Positions 24,330 through 41,657 of a DNA stretch of 64,000 nt are shown here, piece by piece. The notes below the pieces were generated by a model. The model was not told the origin of the DNA. It did not search any database and was given only the letters and a program-made list of their open reading frames with translations. Source of the DNA: the human T2T-CHM13v2.0 reference genome, Homo sapiens; assembly GCF_009914755.1 (NCBI RefSeq), contig NC_060931.1, one strand, 5' to 3'. The position numbers and the translations under genes were made by a program. How positions within the stretch are numbered: the stretch's first letter is position 1; every line of letters starts with the position of its first letter.

Positions 24330-25010
24330 CACCAACTCCGGTACTCAAATGGCTATTTGGAGGCTTGTGAGGAGCAAGAACCCAATTAAGCAGCTCAGCT
24401 GCACAGGCCTGAGTGTAGCGTGGCAGACCCGGGGCGCCCTAGCACGCCCCCTTTGACTCTGCCTGGCTGAGCTTCCTTTAAGCTCTCTGTCAGAGTGGTA
24501 TGGTTCTGAGTGGTTCATTTCGCAACCACAAGGCACTAGCGGAGGGTGAAGCTAATGCAGGCTTCGGGTAGTCGGATCAGGGAGCTATGACTCTGATATC
24601 TAAACAGGGATTTGGTTGGAGCAGAGGCAGGCTTAAAACAACTTTCTCATAACAAAATAGAATGGCTAAACGGAGCTGCAAAAGCATTTTCTCTGACCCT
24701 TTTGTCCTTAGTTTCAAAAGGAGCAAATATGTTCTACTTTCTTCGCTTGACCTCTTATCTAAGAAAAAATAACCCTTAACCCCCACGAATAGTGCTGACA
24801 AATCTTTTCTAGGTCTGGTGGTGTGTTTGAAAGAAATGAAGCCCAGGTGGTGGCTGAATCGGCGGAGGTGCCTCTGTCCAGAGAAGCCACGAGAGCCAGG
24901 AGGCATTTCCTGAGTAGAGGAAAACAGCTACACACACGAAGGACCCGGAATATTGAACCCCAAGGTTCGACAGACTGAGGACAGAGGATAGCCAATTAAA
25001 ATGATCGATT
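24330..25010. promoter_or_regulatory. CpG-retaining unique segment; candidate enhancer or promoter
   Basis: About 19 CpGs in about 680 bp by manual count, not repeat-like. Contains a KLF/SP box gcacgccccc, an E-box cagctg and two CCAATTAA homeobox sites. Confidence 0.5.
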
Positions 25011-25559
25011 CCCAAGTGATTCTTACATGACAGTATAATCTTTAAAAACATAGCAAGCTATTTTAGAAGCAGGACCACACAATAATTTGTTAAAACTGAA
25101 GTTTTGTGAAAGTAAGAGTTTCAATAAACTTGATTAAAATCAAGGTCCATTTCTCATCCACATTGAGTTTCTCAGCCAAATCGAAAATGAGCAATGTAAA
25201 TACTAGTTATTTTATAACTTGTAGATTTGGAGAGATCCCAATTTTTATAATTTTTGAGTCTAATTATCCATTTTATTTCCATTTATTATGTGCTTTTTAA
25301 AAGTTCTGTCCTGAGTGAACTCATAAATAATTTCCATGTATGTATTCTGTCTTCTGACTTGAACTTTTAGCATCTATTAGATGTCAAATAAACTATTAGG
25401 CGCTCTGAGACAAAACTGGTCTTTTGGGGGTGGGTATTTTGTTTTGTTTTGTTTAATCCTCAAAGGGATTACAATTTATTTAGGGAAAATGAGTCTAAAC
25501 TTGGAACTATTAAGAAAATGTACAGGCCGATAGAATTTCCTCTTACATTTTAACGTAGT

Positions 25560-27230
25560 TCAAGGCTCTATCCTTGGCCTTTTTGTTTACTCATTTACCC
25601 ACTCTCTTTGGAGAATCTCACATGTACCCATGGATGTCTCCTATATCACTGTCTCCATCCCCAAATTTCCTTTCGACATACAAATGTTTATTTTGAATTC
25701 CCTCCAGGAAATCACACCTGGGTTTTCCACAAATAGTTCAAACTCAACATTTTCCAATCTTTCTGGTCATTTTCCCCACAAACCTGTTCCTACTCAGGTA
25801 CCACTTATCATCACGATGGCATTGCATGCACCCAGCTGACCTAGAAGAGATGAGAATTATTCTAGACTCCTGCTTCTTCCCCGTTTCCAGATAATCACCA
25901 AATATAGTCAATTAAACTACTAGCTCTATGAATTTCCTCTCTGTTCTTACCAAGCTTATTTTAGTCCCTTAGCAGCTCTGCTTGCATGCACACCAGTGGG
26001 TTAAATTACCATCTAAATACTAAGACTTCTCAAATCTTTACTTCCAGTCCAGATCTCATCCCTGAGCTCTATTTATATATTCAAAGTATTAGTCTCCTAT
26101 TTTTGGACATGTCACAGATAATTTCTGGCAGAGGCTGCTAATTGTCTACACGATATTCCTAACTATTAAGACCTCAGCTTTGGTCAAGGTGACAATATTT
26201 TCAAAATACTTTCTTAGATTCCTTTTCAGGAAAGGGGATGATAACCAGTACTGGCTAAAGAAATGTAAGTGAAATTCATTTGATGGAACTTCTGAAAACA
26301 TTTATTTATTTATTTATTTATTTATTTATTTTGAGACAGGTTCTTGCTCTTTTGCCTAGGCTGGAGTATAGTGGCTCAATCATGGCTCACTGCAGCCTCA
26401 GACTCCTGGGCTCCAGTGATCCTCCCACCTCAACCTCCCAAAGCTCTGGGATTATAAGTGTGAGCCACTGCACCTGGCTATTTTTTAAAAATTTTGCGTA
26501 GATATGGAGTTTTGCTATGTTGCCCAGGCTGGCCTTGAAATCCTCAAGCAATCCTTCTGCCTTGGCCTCCCAAAGCTCTGGGATAAGGGGTGTGAGCCAC
26601 CATGCTGGCCACTGAAAAGAATTTATGAAGGACAAACTTGGTTGGATGCATCTCAGTCCTTTGCTGTGTGACATCTTTACTCTTCCCCCTTCTTTCTGTC
26701 TATAACCAGTCTGTGGGATGTACACAATTTGTGACATCATTAAAGTAAAATGACAATTTTTGTCTCTCATTGCCCCTATAAAATTTGTCAATGGGGCCAG
26801 CTTCTCCTACATTTTATTTCTCAATGAATGGCATCATGATTTACCCAATTATTTAATATCTATAACTTGTTCATCACTGTTTGATTTCTCTTTCTTTCCC
26901 ATCTCAGGAGTATAATCAGTTCACAAGTTCTGTTACTTCTTCTTCCCAAATGGCTTTTGAATTATTCCAGCCTCCCCTATTTCCACTGCCTCCTCCCAAG
27001 TACAGTCAATGCTCACCTCTTACCTAGATGACAGCCACACACCCCAAGCTGCGATCCTTGCTTCCAGTTCTTCCCACTTCAATCCCATGGCTGTTCTACA
27101 GCCAATGGAAATTTTCCTAACCTGTCATTCAGATCAAGCCACTCACCTGCTTAAAATCCTACAATGACTTCTCACGGCCTGCAGGCTAAGCCTGAAAATC
27201 TGTACAAATTTTCCAAGACCCTTCATGATT
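25560..27230 (+). mobile_element. L2 fragments with a nested MLT1-type LTR (about 26126-26760)
   Basis: L2 motifs tccagtccagatctcatccctgagct and cctgcttaaaatcctacaatgacttc. LTR start tggcagaggctgcta. Confidence 0.65.
26301..26610 (-). mobile_element. AluJ (Jo-like)
   Basis: (TTTA)n tail, two arms, TSD ctgaaaa(c/g)a. Confidence 0.9.
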
Positions 27231-28285
27231 TGAGAGAGCAGAGAAAGGAGACAGGCTTTGGGCTTTTTTGATGGGTAGAGTATGGGGCCAGGGCAAGCGT
27301 TCCAGTGTGTGGGCAGGGACTTGCATGGTTCAAACCTCCTGCCAGCATCAAAGGAGGGAGCACTCAGGCTTTCTCACTGGATTGCTCAGATGTGGGGAGA
27401 AAGGGGAAGAGGGAGGGGTGAAGCTTACAAGCCATCAGCAGCTGAACAAAAAATAATGGAGTCAGACTCTTTATCACACGGAATTAATGGTGAACTCCAA
27501 ACATGGGTCAAGGCAACTACTGACTCAGTGCTACTGTCTGCAATAGTTCTATGAATAATTTCCACTAGCTGCAAATATATTGGGTTTTATCTTAGTACTT
27601 CAGGAGAATAGGTTTAGGAAAAAAATGTTTTACATACAAAGTGGTTAGTAGGACAGAAGATGAGAGATGGAAAGAGAGAGGAGGGTACAGAAAGAATTTC
27701 CACAAAAGTTGAATTTGCAAACTAAAATTTGGAAGTCAGACAACTATGCTATATCTTCCTAGTGCTCACAAGGATTTTTGCTTCTCCTTTCTTTTGGTCA
27801 TCTTCTCCTTAGATTGAGACATGACCACGTGAGCAGAAATGACTTTCACACTTAAAAGGCTATGAGAGATGCTCAATGTTTTGTTTCCCTTTCATGACGA
27901 ACACCAAAGATACGTATTGAGATGGCAATATCATATGACAGTTGAGTGTTCCTAAACCTGACGTTGAAGTGATTACAGGGGGCAGAGTTCCCCTGCTGAG
28001 ATATACAAAAGAGAAAAAAAGAAACCATTTTTTTTTTGTTTTAAACAAAATAATTGGAGTTGTTTTATATTCCAGTATTCAAAGTAAAGGATGATAGATC
28101 CATGGTAATCACTGGCCCATAGCAATTCTGAAATTCCTCTGTCAGATAGAGTGAAGGCTGACCACAGTGGAATGTGGGGATTCCTTGATGAGACCCAGAA
28201 TCTGCTTCCTGGGAGGAACTACTTTATCGATAGTTCTCCATGGGTCCTTCTTCCACCTTTAGGGAGACTTCTGCCTTTTCAAGAC

Positions 28286-28317
<32 letters not shown>

Positions 28318-28523
28318 TAACTGTATCTAGGTGAGGATTGTGTAGCATGCCCTCCTTAGAAGATGTGTAAACCTTGAAGCTGCCTCCTATTTATGGGAGA
28401 TTGGAAGAGGGAGGAGACAGGGACAAGGGTTAATATAAAACTCAAACAGTAAAAGGCATTCCTAATCTAGTCCTATGGTATACTTGACAATCCAGTTCCC
28501 TCAAAAATTTAGAAAAGTTCTGA

Positions 28524-28870
<347 letters not shown>

Positions 28871-29279
28871 CACACCTACCATTTTTTAGGACATAGTCCT
28901 CAAATCCACTTTATGTCTTTGCTCTATCAACTCCACACTTCTCCCACAGATGTTTGCAACCCATGGATCAGGATGTCCCCTTGAGTGCCCACATCACCAG
29001 GGCCTTGGGTCTGATACACAGAGCTGTGTGGAGTCTCAGCAAAGCAGCTGCTCAGGCACACACAGAGACCAAGGATTACATACTCCAGGCCTGGGATCCC
29101 CAGCAAGAAGGGAGATCGGACCATACATATCCCTAGGAAGGGGGCTGAATCCAGGGAGCCAGGCAGCATTGTTCCGCAGGGCTCACTTCCAGAGCACTTC
29201 ACAAGTTAAGACACACTTGCTTGGAATTCCTGTCAGCCAATGGCAACAGGCTGGAGTCTGCCTGATATGGAATGGAATT

Positions 29280-30110
29280 CCAGGGGGAGGGGCAGCTGCC
29301 ATCTCTGCAGTTTGGTCAACTTAGCTTTTCCAGCCTGCTGGTTTTAGAGAGTCCAAATGGTACAGACAAGGAAGGGTCCCCTCCAATGCAGCATAGCTGC
29401 TTTGCCAGATCATGACCAGACTGCTTCTTTAAGCAGGCTCCTGATCTATTCCTCTTCATTGGGTGGGACTACCCTATGGGGGCTTCAGCCACTCCAGCCA
29501 GGGTTCTACAGACAGAGCTCTCATTTCTCCCTGGGATGGAGCTCCTGGGGGAAGAGGCAGCTGGCACTTCTGTGGTTCAGTTGACTCAGATGTTCCAGCT
29601 TGTTGGTGCTGGAGAATACAAATGATCTAGACAAGGAAGGGTCCCTCACAATGCATCTGCCTTATCAGATTGTGGTGAGACTGCTTCTTTAAGTGGAACC
29701 CCAGTCCGTTCCTACTCACTGAGCAGGACCTCCTTGCAGGGGCTTCAGCCACTCCAGCCAGGGTTCTATGGACAAAGCTCTGATCTCTCCCTGGGATGGA
29801 GCTCCTGGGAGAAGGGGTGGCCACCATCTCTGTCATTCTGTAGACTCAGCCATTCCAGCCTGCTGGCTTTGGAGAATACAAATGGTCCAGATGAGAAATA
29901 GTCCCCTACAATGCAGCAAACCTGCTCTACCAAAATGCAGCCAGACTGCTTATTTAAGCAGGTCCCTGATCCCATTTCTCCTGACTGGGTGAGACCTACC
30001 AACAGGGGTCTCCAGCCCCCTTCCACAGACATGTTCAGGCCTGCCAGTTCAGGTCAGTAACTCATGGGATGGAGCTTCAAGAGGAAGGAGCAGGCTGTCA
30101 TCTTTGCTGT
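29280..30110 (+). repeat. About 260-bp diverged tandem monomers in the L1 5' UTR
   Basis: gggatggagct at 29533, 29793 and 30066; gacaaggaagggtccc at 29365 and 29630. Confidence 0.85.
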
Positions 30111-31119
30111 TTCACAGACTTCACTGATGACACCTCCAGGTATGGGAAAAACTTAGGCAACTATGGTCTACAGCGGACCCCCAGAAAACCAGAGCAGCCC
30201 TACAGAAGAGTGGCTTGACTATTAAAAGAAAAATAAAATAAACAGAAAACAACAACATCAACAAAAAAGACCCCACAAAAACCCCCATTCAAAGGTTAGC
30301 AACCTTAAAAATCGAAGGTAGATAAGGCCACATAGATGAGAAAGAATCAATGCAAAAATGCTAAAAACTCAAAAGCCAGAGTGCCTCTTCTCCTCCAAAT
30401 GACCTCAACACTTCTCCAGCAAGGGCACAGAACTGGGCTGAGGCTGAGATGGCTGTACTGACAGAAGTAGGCTTCAGAAGGTGGGTAATAATAAACTTCA
30501 CTAAGCTAAAGGAGCATGTTGTAACCCAATACAAAGAAGCAAAGAATTACCATAAAACAATACAGGAGCTGATAGCAAGAATAGCCAGTTTAGAGAGGAG
30601 CATAAAACTGACCTGATGGAGCTGAAAAAGACAACATGAGAACTCCACAATGCAATCACAAGTATCAATAGCAGAATAGACCAAGAAGAGGAAAGAATCT
30701 CAGATCTTAAAGACTATCTGTCTGAAATAAGACAGGCAGACAAGAATAGAGAAAAAAGAATGAGAAAGAATGAACAAAACCTCTGACAAATATGAGATTA
30801 TGTAAAGAGACTAAACCTACAACTGATTGGGGTACCCAAAAAAGATGAGGAGGATAGAACCAAATGGGAAAACGTATATCAGGATATCATCCAGGAAATC
30901 TTCTCCAATCTAGCAAGACAGGTCAACATTCAAATTCAGGAAATGCAGAGAACCCCAGTAAGATACTCCATGAGAAAATCAACCCCAAGACATATAATCA
31001 TCAGATTATCCAAGGTTGAAATGAAAAAAATTTGTTAAGGCAGCCAGAGAGAAAGATCAGATCACCTACAAAGGGAAGCCATCAGACTAACAGTGGACCT
31101 CTCAGTGGAAACCCTACTA

Positions 31120-32373
<1,254 letters not shown>

Positions 32374-35300
32374 AAAGAAAAGAATTATCAACCCAGAATT
32401 TCGTAGCCAGCCGAACTAAGCTTCCTAAGTGAAGGAGAAATGAGATCATTTTCAGACAAGCTAATGCTGAGGGAATTCATCACCACCAGCCCTGCCTTTC
32501 ACAAGCTCCTGAAAGAAGTACTAAATATCGAAAGGAAAAACATTACCAGCTACCATAAAAACACACTGAAGTACAAAGACCAGTGACACTATGAAAGAAC
32601 CACATAAACAAGTCTGCAAAATAACCAACTAACATCATGATGACAGAATCAAATTCACATATAACAATACTAACCTTAAATGCAAATGGGCTAAATGCCT
32701 CAATTAAAAGACACAGAATGGCAAGTCAGATAAAATACTAAAACCCATCGGTATGCTGTCTTCAAGAGACCCATCTCATGTGCAAAGACACATATAGGCA
32801 CAAAATAAAGGGATGGAGAAAAATTTACCAAGTAAATGAAAAACAGATAAAAAGCAGGGACAATAATTATAGTTTCTGACAAGACAGACTTTAACAAAAA
32901 TAAAAAAGACAAAGAAGGGTATTGCATAATGGTAAAGGATTCAATTCAAGAAGAAGAGTTAATTATCCTAAATATACCTGTACCCAATACAGGATCACCT
33001 AGATTCATAAAACAAGTTCTTAGAGACCTGTGAACAGACTTAGATTCCCACACAATAATAGTGGGAGACTTTAACACCCCACTGACAATATTAGACAGAT
33101 CATCAAGACAGAAAATTAACAAAGATATTCAGGACCTGAATTCAGCTCTGAATCAAGTGGATCTGATAGATATTTACAGAACTCTCCACCCCAAAACAGC
33201 AGAATATACATTCTTGTCATTACCACCCAGCACTTACTCTAAAATTGATCACATAATTGCAAGCAAAACACTCCTCAGCAAATGCAAAAGAACTGAAGTC
33301 ATAACAGTCTTTCAGATCACAGCATAATCAAATTAGAACTCAAGATTAAGAAATGTACTCAAAACCACACAACTACGAGGAAATTGAACAACCTGGTCCT
33401 GAATGACTCTTGGGTAAATAGTGAAATTAAGTCAGAAAACAAGAAGTTCTTTCAAACTAATGAGAACAAAGAGACAACATACCAGACTCTCTGGGACTCA
33501 GCTAAAGCAGTGTTAAGAAAGAAATTTATAGCATTAAATGCCCACATCAAAAAGCTAGAAAGATCTCAATTTAACAACCTAACATCTCAACTAAAAGAAC
33601 TAGAGAACCAAGAGCAAACAAACCCCAAAGCTAGCAGAAGACAAGAAATAACCAAGATCAGAGCTGAAGTGAAGGAGATAGAGACATGAAAAATTCTTCA
33701 AAAAAATCAATAAATCCAGGAACTGGTTTTTGAAAAACTTAATAAAATAGACCACTAGCTAGACTAGTAAAGAAGAAAAGGAAGAGGAATCAAACAGACT
33801 CAATCAGACATAATAAGGGGGATATCACTCTTGACCCCACAGAAATACAACCATCAGAGAATACTATAAACACCTTTATGCACATAAACTAGAAAATCTA
33901 GAAGAAATGGATAAATTCCTAGACACATACACCCTCCCAAGATGGACCCAGGAAGAAATTGAATCCCTGAATAGACCAATAATGAGTTCTGAAATTGAGG
34001 CAGTAATAAATAGCCTATCACCAAAAAAAAAACAAAAAACGCCCAGGACCAGATGGATTCAGAGCTGAATTCTACCACAGGTACAAAGAAGACCTGGTAT
34101 CATTTCTACTGAAACTATTCCAAAAAATTGAAAAGGAGGGACTCCTCCTTAACTCATTCTATGAGGCTAGTGTCATCCTGATACCAAAACTTGGAAGAGA
34201 TACAACAAAAAAGAGAAAACTTCAGGCCAATATCCTTGATGAACATCAATGCAAAAATCCTCAATAAAATGCTGTCAAACTGAATGCAACAGCACATTAA
34301 AAGGTTTATCCACCATTGTCAAGTTGGTTTCATCCCCAGGATGCAAGGTTGGTTCAACATACACAAATCAACAAATGTGATTCATCACATAAACAGATCT
34401 AAAGACAAAAACCACATGATTATCTCAAAAGATGCAGAAAAGGCCTTCAATAAAATTCACCATCCCTTAATGTTAAAAACTCTCAGTAAGCTAGGTATTG
34501 AAGGAACATATCTCAAAATAATCAGAGCCATATATGACAAACCCACAGCTAATATCATACAGAATGGGCAAAAGCCAGAAGCATTCCCCTTGAAAACTGG
34601 CACAAGACAAGAATGCCCTCTTTCACCACTCGTATTCAACGTAATAGTGGCAGGTCTGGCCAGGCCAATCAAGCAAGAGAAAGAAATAAAGGATATTCAA
34701 ATAGGAAGAGAAGAAGTCAAATTATCTTTGTTTGCAGATAACATGATTCTATGTCTAGAACACCCCATTGTCTCAGCCTAAAGGCTTCTTAAGCTGATAA
34801 GCAACTTCAGCAAAGTCTCAGAGGAGAAAATCAATGTGCAAAAATTGGTAGCATTCCTATATACCAAAAACAGACAGGCAGAGAGCCAAATCATGGAAGA
34901 ACTCCCATTCACAATTGCTACAGAAAGGATAAAATACATCTAACAAGGAAATACATCTAACAAGGAAAGTAAAGGACCTCTTCAAGGAGAACTACAAACC
35001 ACTGATCAAAGAAATCAGAGTAGACACAAACAAAGAGAAAAACATTCCATGTTCATGGATAGGAAGAATCAATATCGTGAAAATGGCCACACTGCCCAAA
35101 GCAATTTATAGGTTTAATGCTATTTCCATTAATCTACCATTGACATTCTTCTCTGAATTACAAAAAACTATTTTAAAATTCATAAGAAACCAAAAAACAG
35201 CCTGAATAGCCAAGACATTCCTAGGCAAAAAGAACAATGCCGGAGGCATCATGCTACCTGACTTCAAACTATCCTACAAGGCTACAGTAACCAAAACAGC

Positions 35301-35799
35301 ATGGTACTGGTACAAGAACAGACACATAGACCAATGGAACAGGACAGAGAACTCAGAAATAAGAGTGCACACCTACAACCATCTGATCTTCGACAAATCT
35401 GACAAAAACAAGCAATAAGCAAAGGATTCCTTATTTAATAAATTATGCTGAGAGAACTGGCTAGCCATATGCAGAAAATTGAAATGACCTCTTTCTTGCA
35501 CCATATACAAAAATCAACTCAAGATAGATTAAAGACTTAAATGTAAAACCCAAAACTATAAAAACCCTAGAAGAAAAACTAGACAATACCATTCAGGACA
35601 TAGGCATGGGCAAATATTTCATGACAAAAACACCAAAAACCAATTGCAACAAAAGCAAAATTGATAAATGAGATCGTTTAAATAGGATCTAATTAAACTA
35701 AAAAGCTTCTGCACAGCAACAGAAACTATCATCAGAGTGAAGAGATAACCCACAGAATGGGAGAAAATTTTTGCAATCTATCCATCTGACAAAGGTCTA

Positions 35800-36245
<446 letters not shown>

Positions 36246-37513
36246 GAAAAAAAATCTCAACATTACTGATCATTAGAGAAATGCAAATCAAAACCACAAT
36301 GAGATACCATCTCACACCAATCAGAAAGGCAGTTATTAAAAAGTCAGAAACCAACAGATGCTGGTGAAGTTGCAGAGAAAAAGGAACGTTTTCACACTGT
36401 TGGTGGGAATGTAAATTAGTTCCACCATTGTGGAAGACAGTGTAGCAATTCCTCAAACACCTAGAGGTAGAAATACCATTTGACCCAGTAGTCTCATTAC
36501 TGGGTATATACCCAAAGAAATATAAATCATTCTGTTATAAAGATACATGCACATGTATCTTTATTGCAGCATTATTCAGAACAGCAAAACATGGAAACAA
36601 CCTAAATGCTCATAAAAGATGGGCAGGATAAAGAAAATATGGTACATATACACCATGGAATACTATGCAGCTGTAAAAAAGGAATGCTATTATGTCCTTT
36701 GCAGGGACATAGATGGAGTTAGAAGCCATTATCTTCAGCAAACTAGCACAGGAAGAGAAAGCCAAACACTGCATGATCTCACATATACATGGGAGCTGAA
36801 TGATGAGAACACATGAACACATGAGCAGGGGAATGACACACACCAGAGCCGGTCAGAAGTAAGTAGTTCTGGGGTAGGGAGGGCATCAGGAAGAATTGCT
36901 AACAGATGCTGGGCTTAATACCTAGGTGATGGCATGATCTGTGTAGCAAACTACCATGGCATACATTTACCTATATAACAAATGTGCACATCCTTCACAT
37001 ATACCCCTGTATTTAAAATAAAAGTTGAAGATAAAAAAAAAACAACAGCGGCACACTATTCATATCCTGTTTCCTACGTGTTATATTAGAATATAAGCTA
37101 AGTAGGTACATACTGCATACTCTGCCATCTAAGTTATAATAGGAAATATTTTATAAGCATTTTTGTCAATGTTTATTGTGAATCTACATCTTTCCAGCCT
37201 TCCGTAATGTTCTCCCTAGTATATGCTGCCAGAATTGTCCATACATTAGACCTTCAAAGTTAAGAAAATAGAAAATTTTCCCAGAAAAACAAATTGAGGC
37301 TACAGCTATTAGAAAAAGCATTAAATAAAAACTTTTTAAAATAGAGAGAAAGCTCAAATGCCAATGTTTCCCACTAAGTATGGCTGCCCTGAAGTCTCCC
37401 AATTTGAAATGCCTCTTGACCATAAATAATTGTAATAATCATAATACAAACTTATATTGGTAAAACATGTTTCAATTTATAAGGATCCTTTACACAAATT
37501 AAAGACAACTTTT

Positions 37514-37867
37514 ATAAATTGATAAACTATTTTCTTGAAAAGTTTTAGGTTTACATAGAAGCTGAGTGGAAAGTGGAGTTCTCATAGGTCCCCTTACCAA
37601 TCCTTTTTAGTTTCCCCTATTATCAATATTGTGCATTCATGTGGTACATTTATTACACTTTGTGAGTTAATATTGAGACATTATTATTAATTAAAGTCAA
37701 TAGTTTACATTAAGGTTCACTCTTTGTGTTGTACATTCTATGGCTTTTAACAAAGGCATAGTAATGTGTCTCTACCATTACAGTGTCATATAGAATAGTG
37801 TCACTGCCCTAAAACTCCCCTGTGTGCTATTTATTTATCCCTCCCTCCCTCTCCTCAAGCCCCTGGC
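37514..37867 (-). mobile_element. L1MC-type 3' end
   Basis: TSD taaagacaa(c/t)tttt at 37500 and 37868. Confidence 0.8.
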
Positions 37868-37947
37868 TAAAGACAATTTTTTAAGGTAAATAAGATAAAT
37901 TAATTAATGTTATGTTATTTCCATACAATAAAGTACTCAAATCTTTA

Positions 37948-38304
<357 letters not shown>

Positions 38305-38618
38305 TAACAATACCTGAAAGTGTAAAAGTGAGAGTGAAATCAACTTATTTCTCACTATAGTGTTGAATACTAATAAGTTAGTGACCATTCTCCTAAATAT
38401 TATCCATCCATAAATGTGCTTTGTGCACAGATACATACAAGCACATCTCATTTTATTGTTCTTAGCTTTATTGTGCTTTGCAGATACTGTGATTGATTGA
38501 TTGATTGATCAATTTTACAAATTGAAGGTTTGTGGCAACCTTACACAGAATGAGTCTATTGGCATCAATTTTCTAATAGCATGTGTTCACTTTGTGCCTC
38601 TGTATCACATTTTGGTAA

Positions 38619-38933
<315 letters not shown>

Positions 38934-38969
38934 TCAAATCTTTTTACTATTATTATCTCATTATTAGAT

Positions 38970-39166
38970 ATTTTGTTCTTTTGGTGGGGGACAGGGTCTC
39001 ACCTCTGTTGCCCAGACTGGAGTGCAGTGGCATAATCATAGCTCACTGCAGCCTCAAACTTCTGGGCTCAAGTGATCCTCTCATCTCAGCCTCCTGGCCT
39101 CAAGCAATCCTCCCATGTCAGCCTCCCAAAGTGTTGGGACTTCTAGCATGAGCCACTGCACCCAGC
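38970..39166 (-). mobile_element. Internally deleted AluJ inside Tigger1
   Basis: Right arm fused to left arm at cctcct, with no A-rich linker. Confidence 0.8.
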
Positions 39167-41657
39167 CTTATCATATCTTTTATATTGATCTGTGATCAGT
39201 GATTTTTGAAGTTACTATTATAATTGTTTTGGGGTGCCATGAACCATATAAGACGGAACCTTAATCAATAAATGTTTTGTGTGTTCTCACTGCTCCACCA
39301 ACTGGCCGTTTCCCCATCTCTCTCCTCCTCAGGCCTCTCTCATAAGACACACCAATATTGAAATAGGGCCAATTAATAACCCTACAATGGCCTCTAAATC
39401 TTCAAGTTAAAGGAAGAGCCCATGTCTCTCACTTTAAATTAAAATCTAGTAATAATTCAGCTCAGTAAGGAAAGTATATCAAAAGCCAAAATAGGCCAAA
39501 AGCTAGGTAGGCTTCTTGCACCAAACAGTTAGACAAGTTGTGAATGCAAAAGAAAAGTTCCTGAAGAAAATTAAAAGTGCAGCTTTGGGGAGTGCACGAA
39601 TGATAAGAAAGCAAAACAGACTTATTGCTGATATGGAGAAAATTTTAGTGGTCTGGATAGATGGTAGATCCAGCTACAACATCTCCTTAAGCCAAAGCCT
39701 AACCCAGAGCAAGGCCCAAACACTCTTCTACAAATTGTATGAAGGCAGAGAGAAGCGAAGAAGGTGCAGAAAAAAAGTTGGAAGCTTGCAGAGGTTGGTA
39801 CATGAGGTTTGGAGAAAGCAGCCATCTTCATAACATAAAAGTGTAAGGTGAAGCAGCAAGTGCAGATGGAAAAGCTGCAGCCAGTTAACTGGAAGATCCA
39901 GGCAAGATCTTTGATGAAGGTGGCTACACTAAACAACAGACTTTCAATGTAGATTAAACAGCCCCTCTTGGAATAAAATGCCATCTAAAGCTTTCATAAC
40001 TAGAGAGAAGTCAATACCTGATTTCAAAGTTTCAAAGGACAGGCTGACTCTTTTGTTAGGGGCTAATGCAGCTGGTGACTTTATGTTGAAGCCAATGCTC
40101 ACTTTCCGTTCTGAAAACCCTAACACCCTAAAGAACTACGCAAAATCTACCCTACCTGAACTGTACAAATGGAACAAGAAAGCCTGGGTGATAGCACATC
40201 TGTTTACAGCGTGGTTTACTGAATATCTTAAGCCCATTGTTGAGACCTACTCGTCAGAAGAAAAGATTACTTTCAAAATTACTGCTCATTGGCAATGTGC
40301 CTGGTCACTCAAGAGCTTCGTTGGAGATGTGCAAGAATATACTTGTTTTTTTCATGCCTGTGAACACAACATCCATTCTGTAACCCACTGATCAAGGAGC
40401 AATTTTGACTTTCAAGTCTTATTACTTAAGAAATATATTTCACAAAGTTATAGATGTGATAGAGTGATTCCTCTGATGGATCTGGGAAAAGTTAATTGAA
40501 AACTATTCAGAAAAGATTTACAATTATTGGTGCCATTAGAAACTTTCTTGATTCATGAGAGGAGGTCAAAATATCGACATGAAGAGGAGTTTGGAAGATG
40601 TTAATTCCAATCCTCATTGGATGACTTTGAAAGCTTCAAGACTTCAGTGGAGAAAATAAATTCAAGTGTAGTAGAAATAGCAAGAGGACTAGAATTAGAT
40701 ATGAAGCCTGAAGATGCAATTGAATTGCTACAATCTTATGATAAAACTTGAACACATGAGGAGTTGCTTACTATGGATGAGCAAAGAAAGTGGTTTCTTG
40801 AGATGGAATCTACTCTTGGTGAAGATGCTGTGAACATTGTTGAAATCACAACACAGGATTTAGAAAATTACATACTTTTAATGTAAAATTACATAATAAA
40901 CATTAGTTAAAGAAGCAGCAGCAGGGTTCAAGAGGACTGACTACAAGATTGAAAGAAGTTCTACTGTGGGTAAAATGCTATCAAACAGCATCATATACTA
41001 CAGAGAACTCTCATAAAATGAAAAGTCAATGGATGCAGCAAACTTCATTGTTGTCTTAATTGCCACAGCCAACCCAGTGCTTAGCAATAATGACGCTGAT
41101 CAGTCAGCAGCCATCAACATCAGAGCAAGACCCTCCACCAGCAAAAATATTGTGACTCACTGAAGGCTCAGATGATCATTAGCATTTTTTAGCAATGAAG
41201 TGCAATAAAGCATTTTTAAATTGAGGTATTTACATTGCTTTTTCTGGTGTAATACTATTGCACACTTATAGAGTACAGTATAGTATAAAAACAATTTTTA
41301 TATGCACTGGGAAATCAAAAATTACTGTGACTTGCTTTATTGTGATATTTTCTTTATTGCAGTGGTCTAGAACTAAACCTGCAATCTCCTCAAGGTATAT
41401 GTTTAAATAAATGTTGACAGTAATGACATTATAAGATACACTAAACCCTGCTGCTTAAAAGGGTGTGTTCTGTGTCTTGATATGGGTGGGGGTTACATGG
41501 GTATAATGCAAGTTCATGACATGTGCATGTGTATGTGTGTGTGTATGTGTGGGAGAGAGAGAGCGAGAGATGGAGAGAGGGGAAGAAAGAGAGAGAGATC
41601 TTTTAAAATAATCATCTTGTTAGTCTACATATTTATTTGAAAATAATTCTATTTAAC

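Noticed and set aside
14570-28110. Isolated splice-site-like signals (acceptors near 14618, 18318 and 27812; minus-strand donor near 18029)
   Set aside because: There is no consistent exon chain or coding similarity, and such motifs occur by chance. A lncRNA cannot be excluded without RNA data.
39516-40391. Domesticated Tigger gene (TIGD1-like)
   Set aside because: The transposase is broken by frameshifts and stops, so this is an ordinary Tigger1 fossil.
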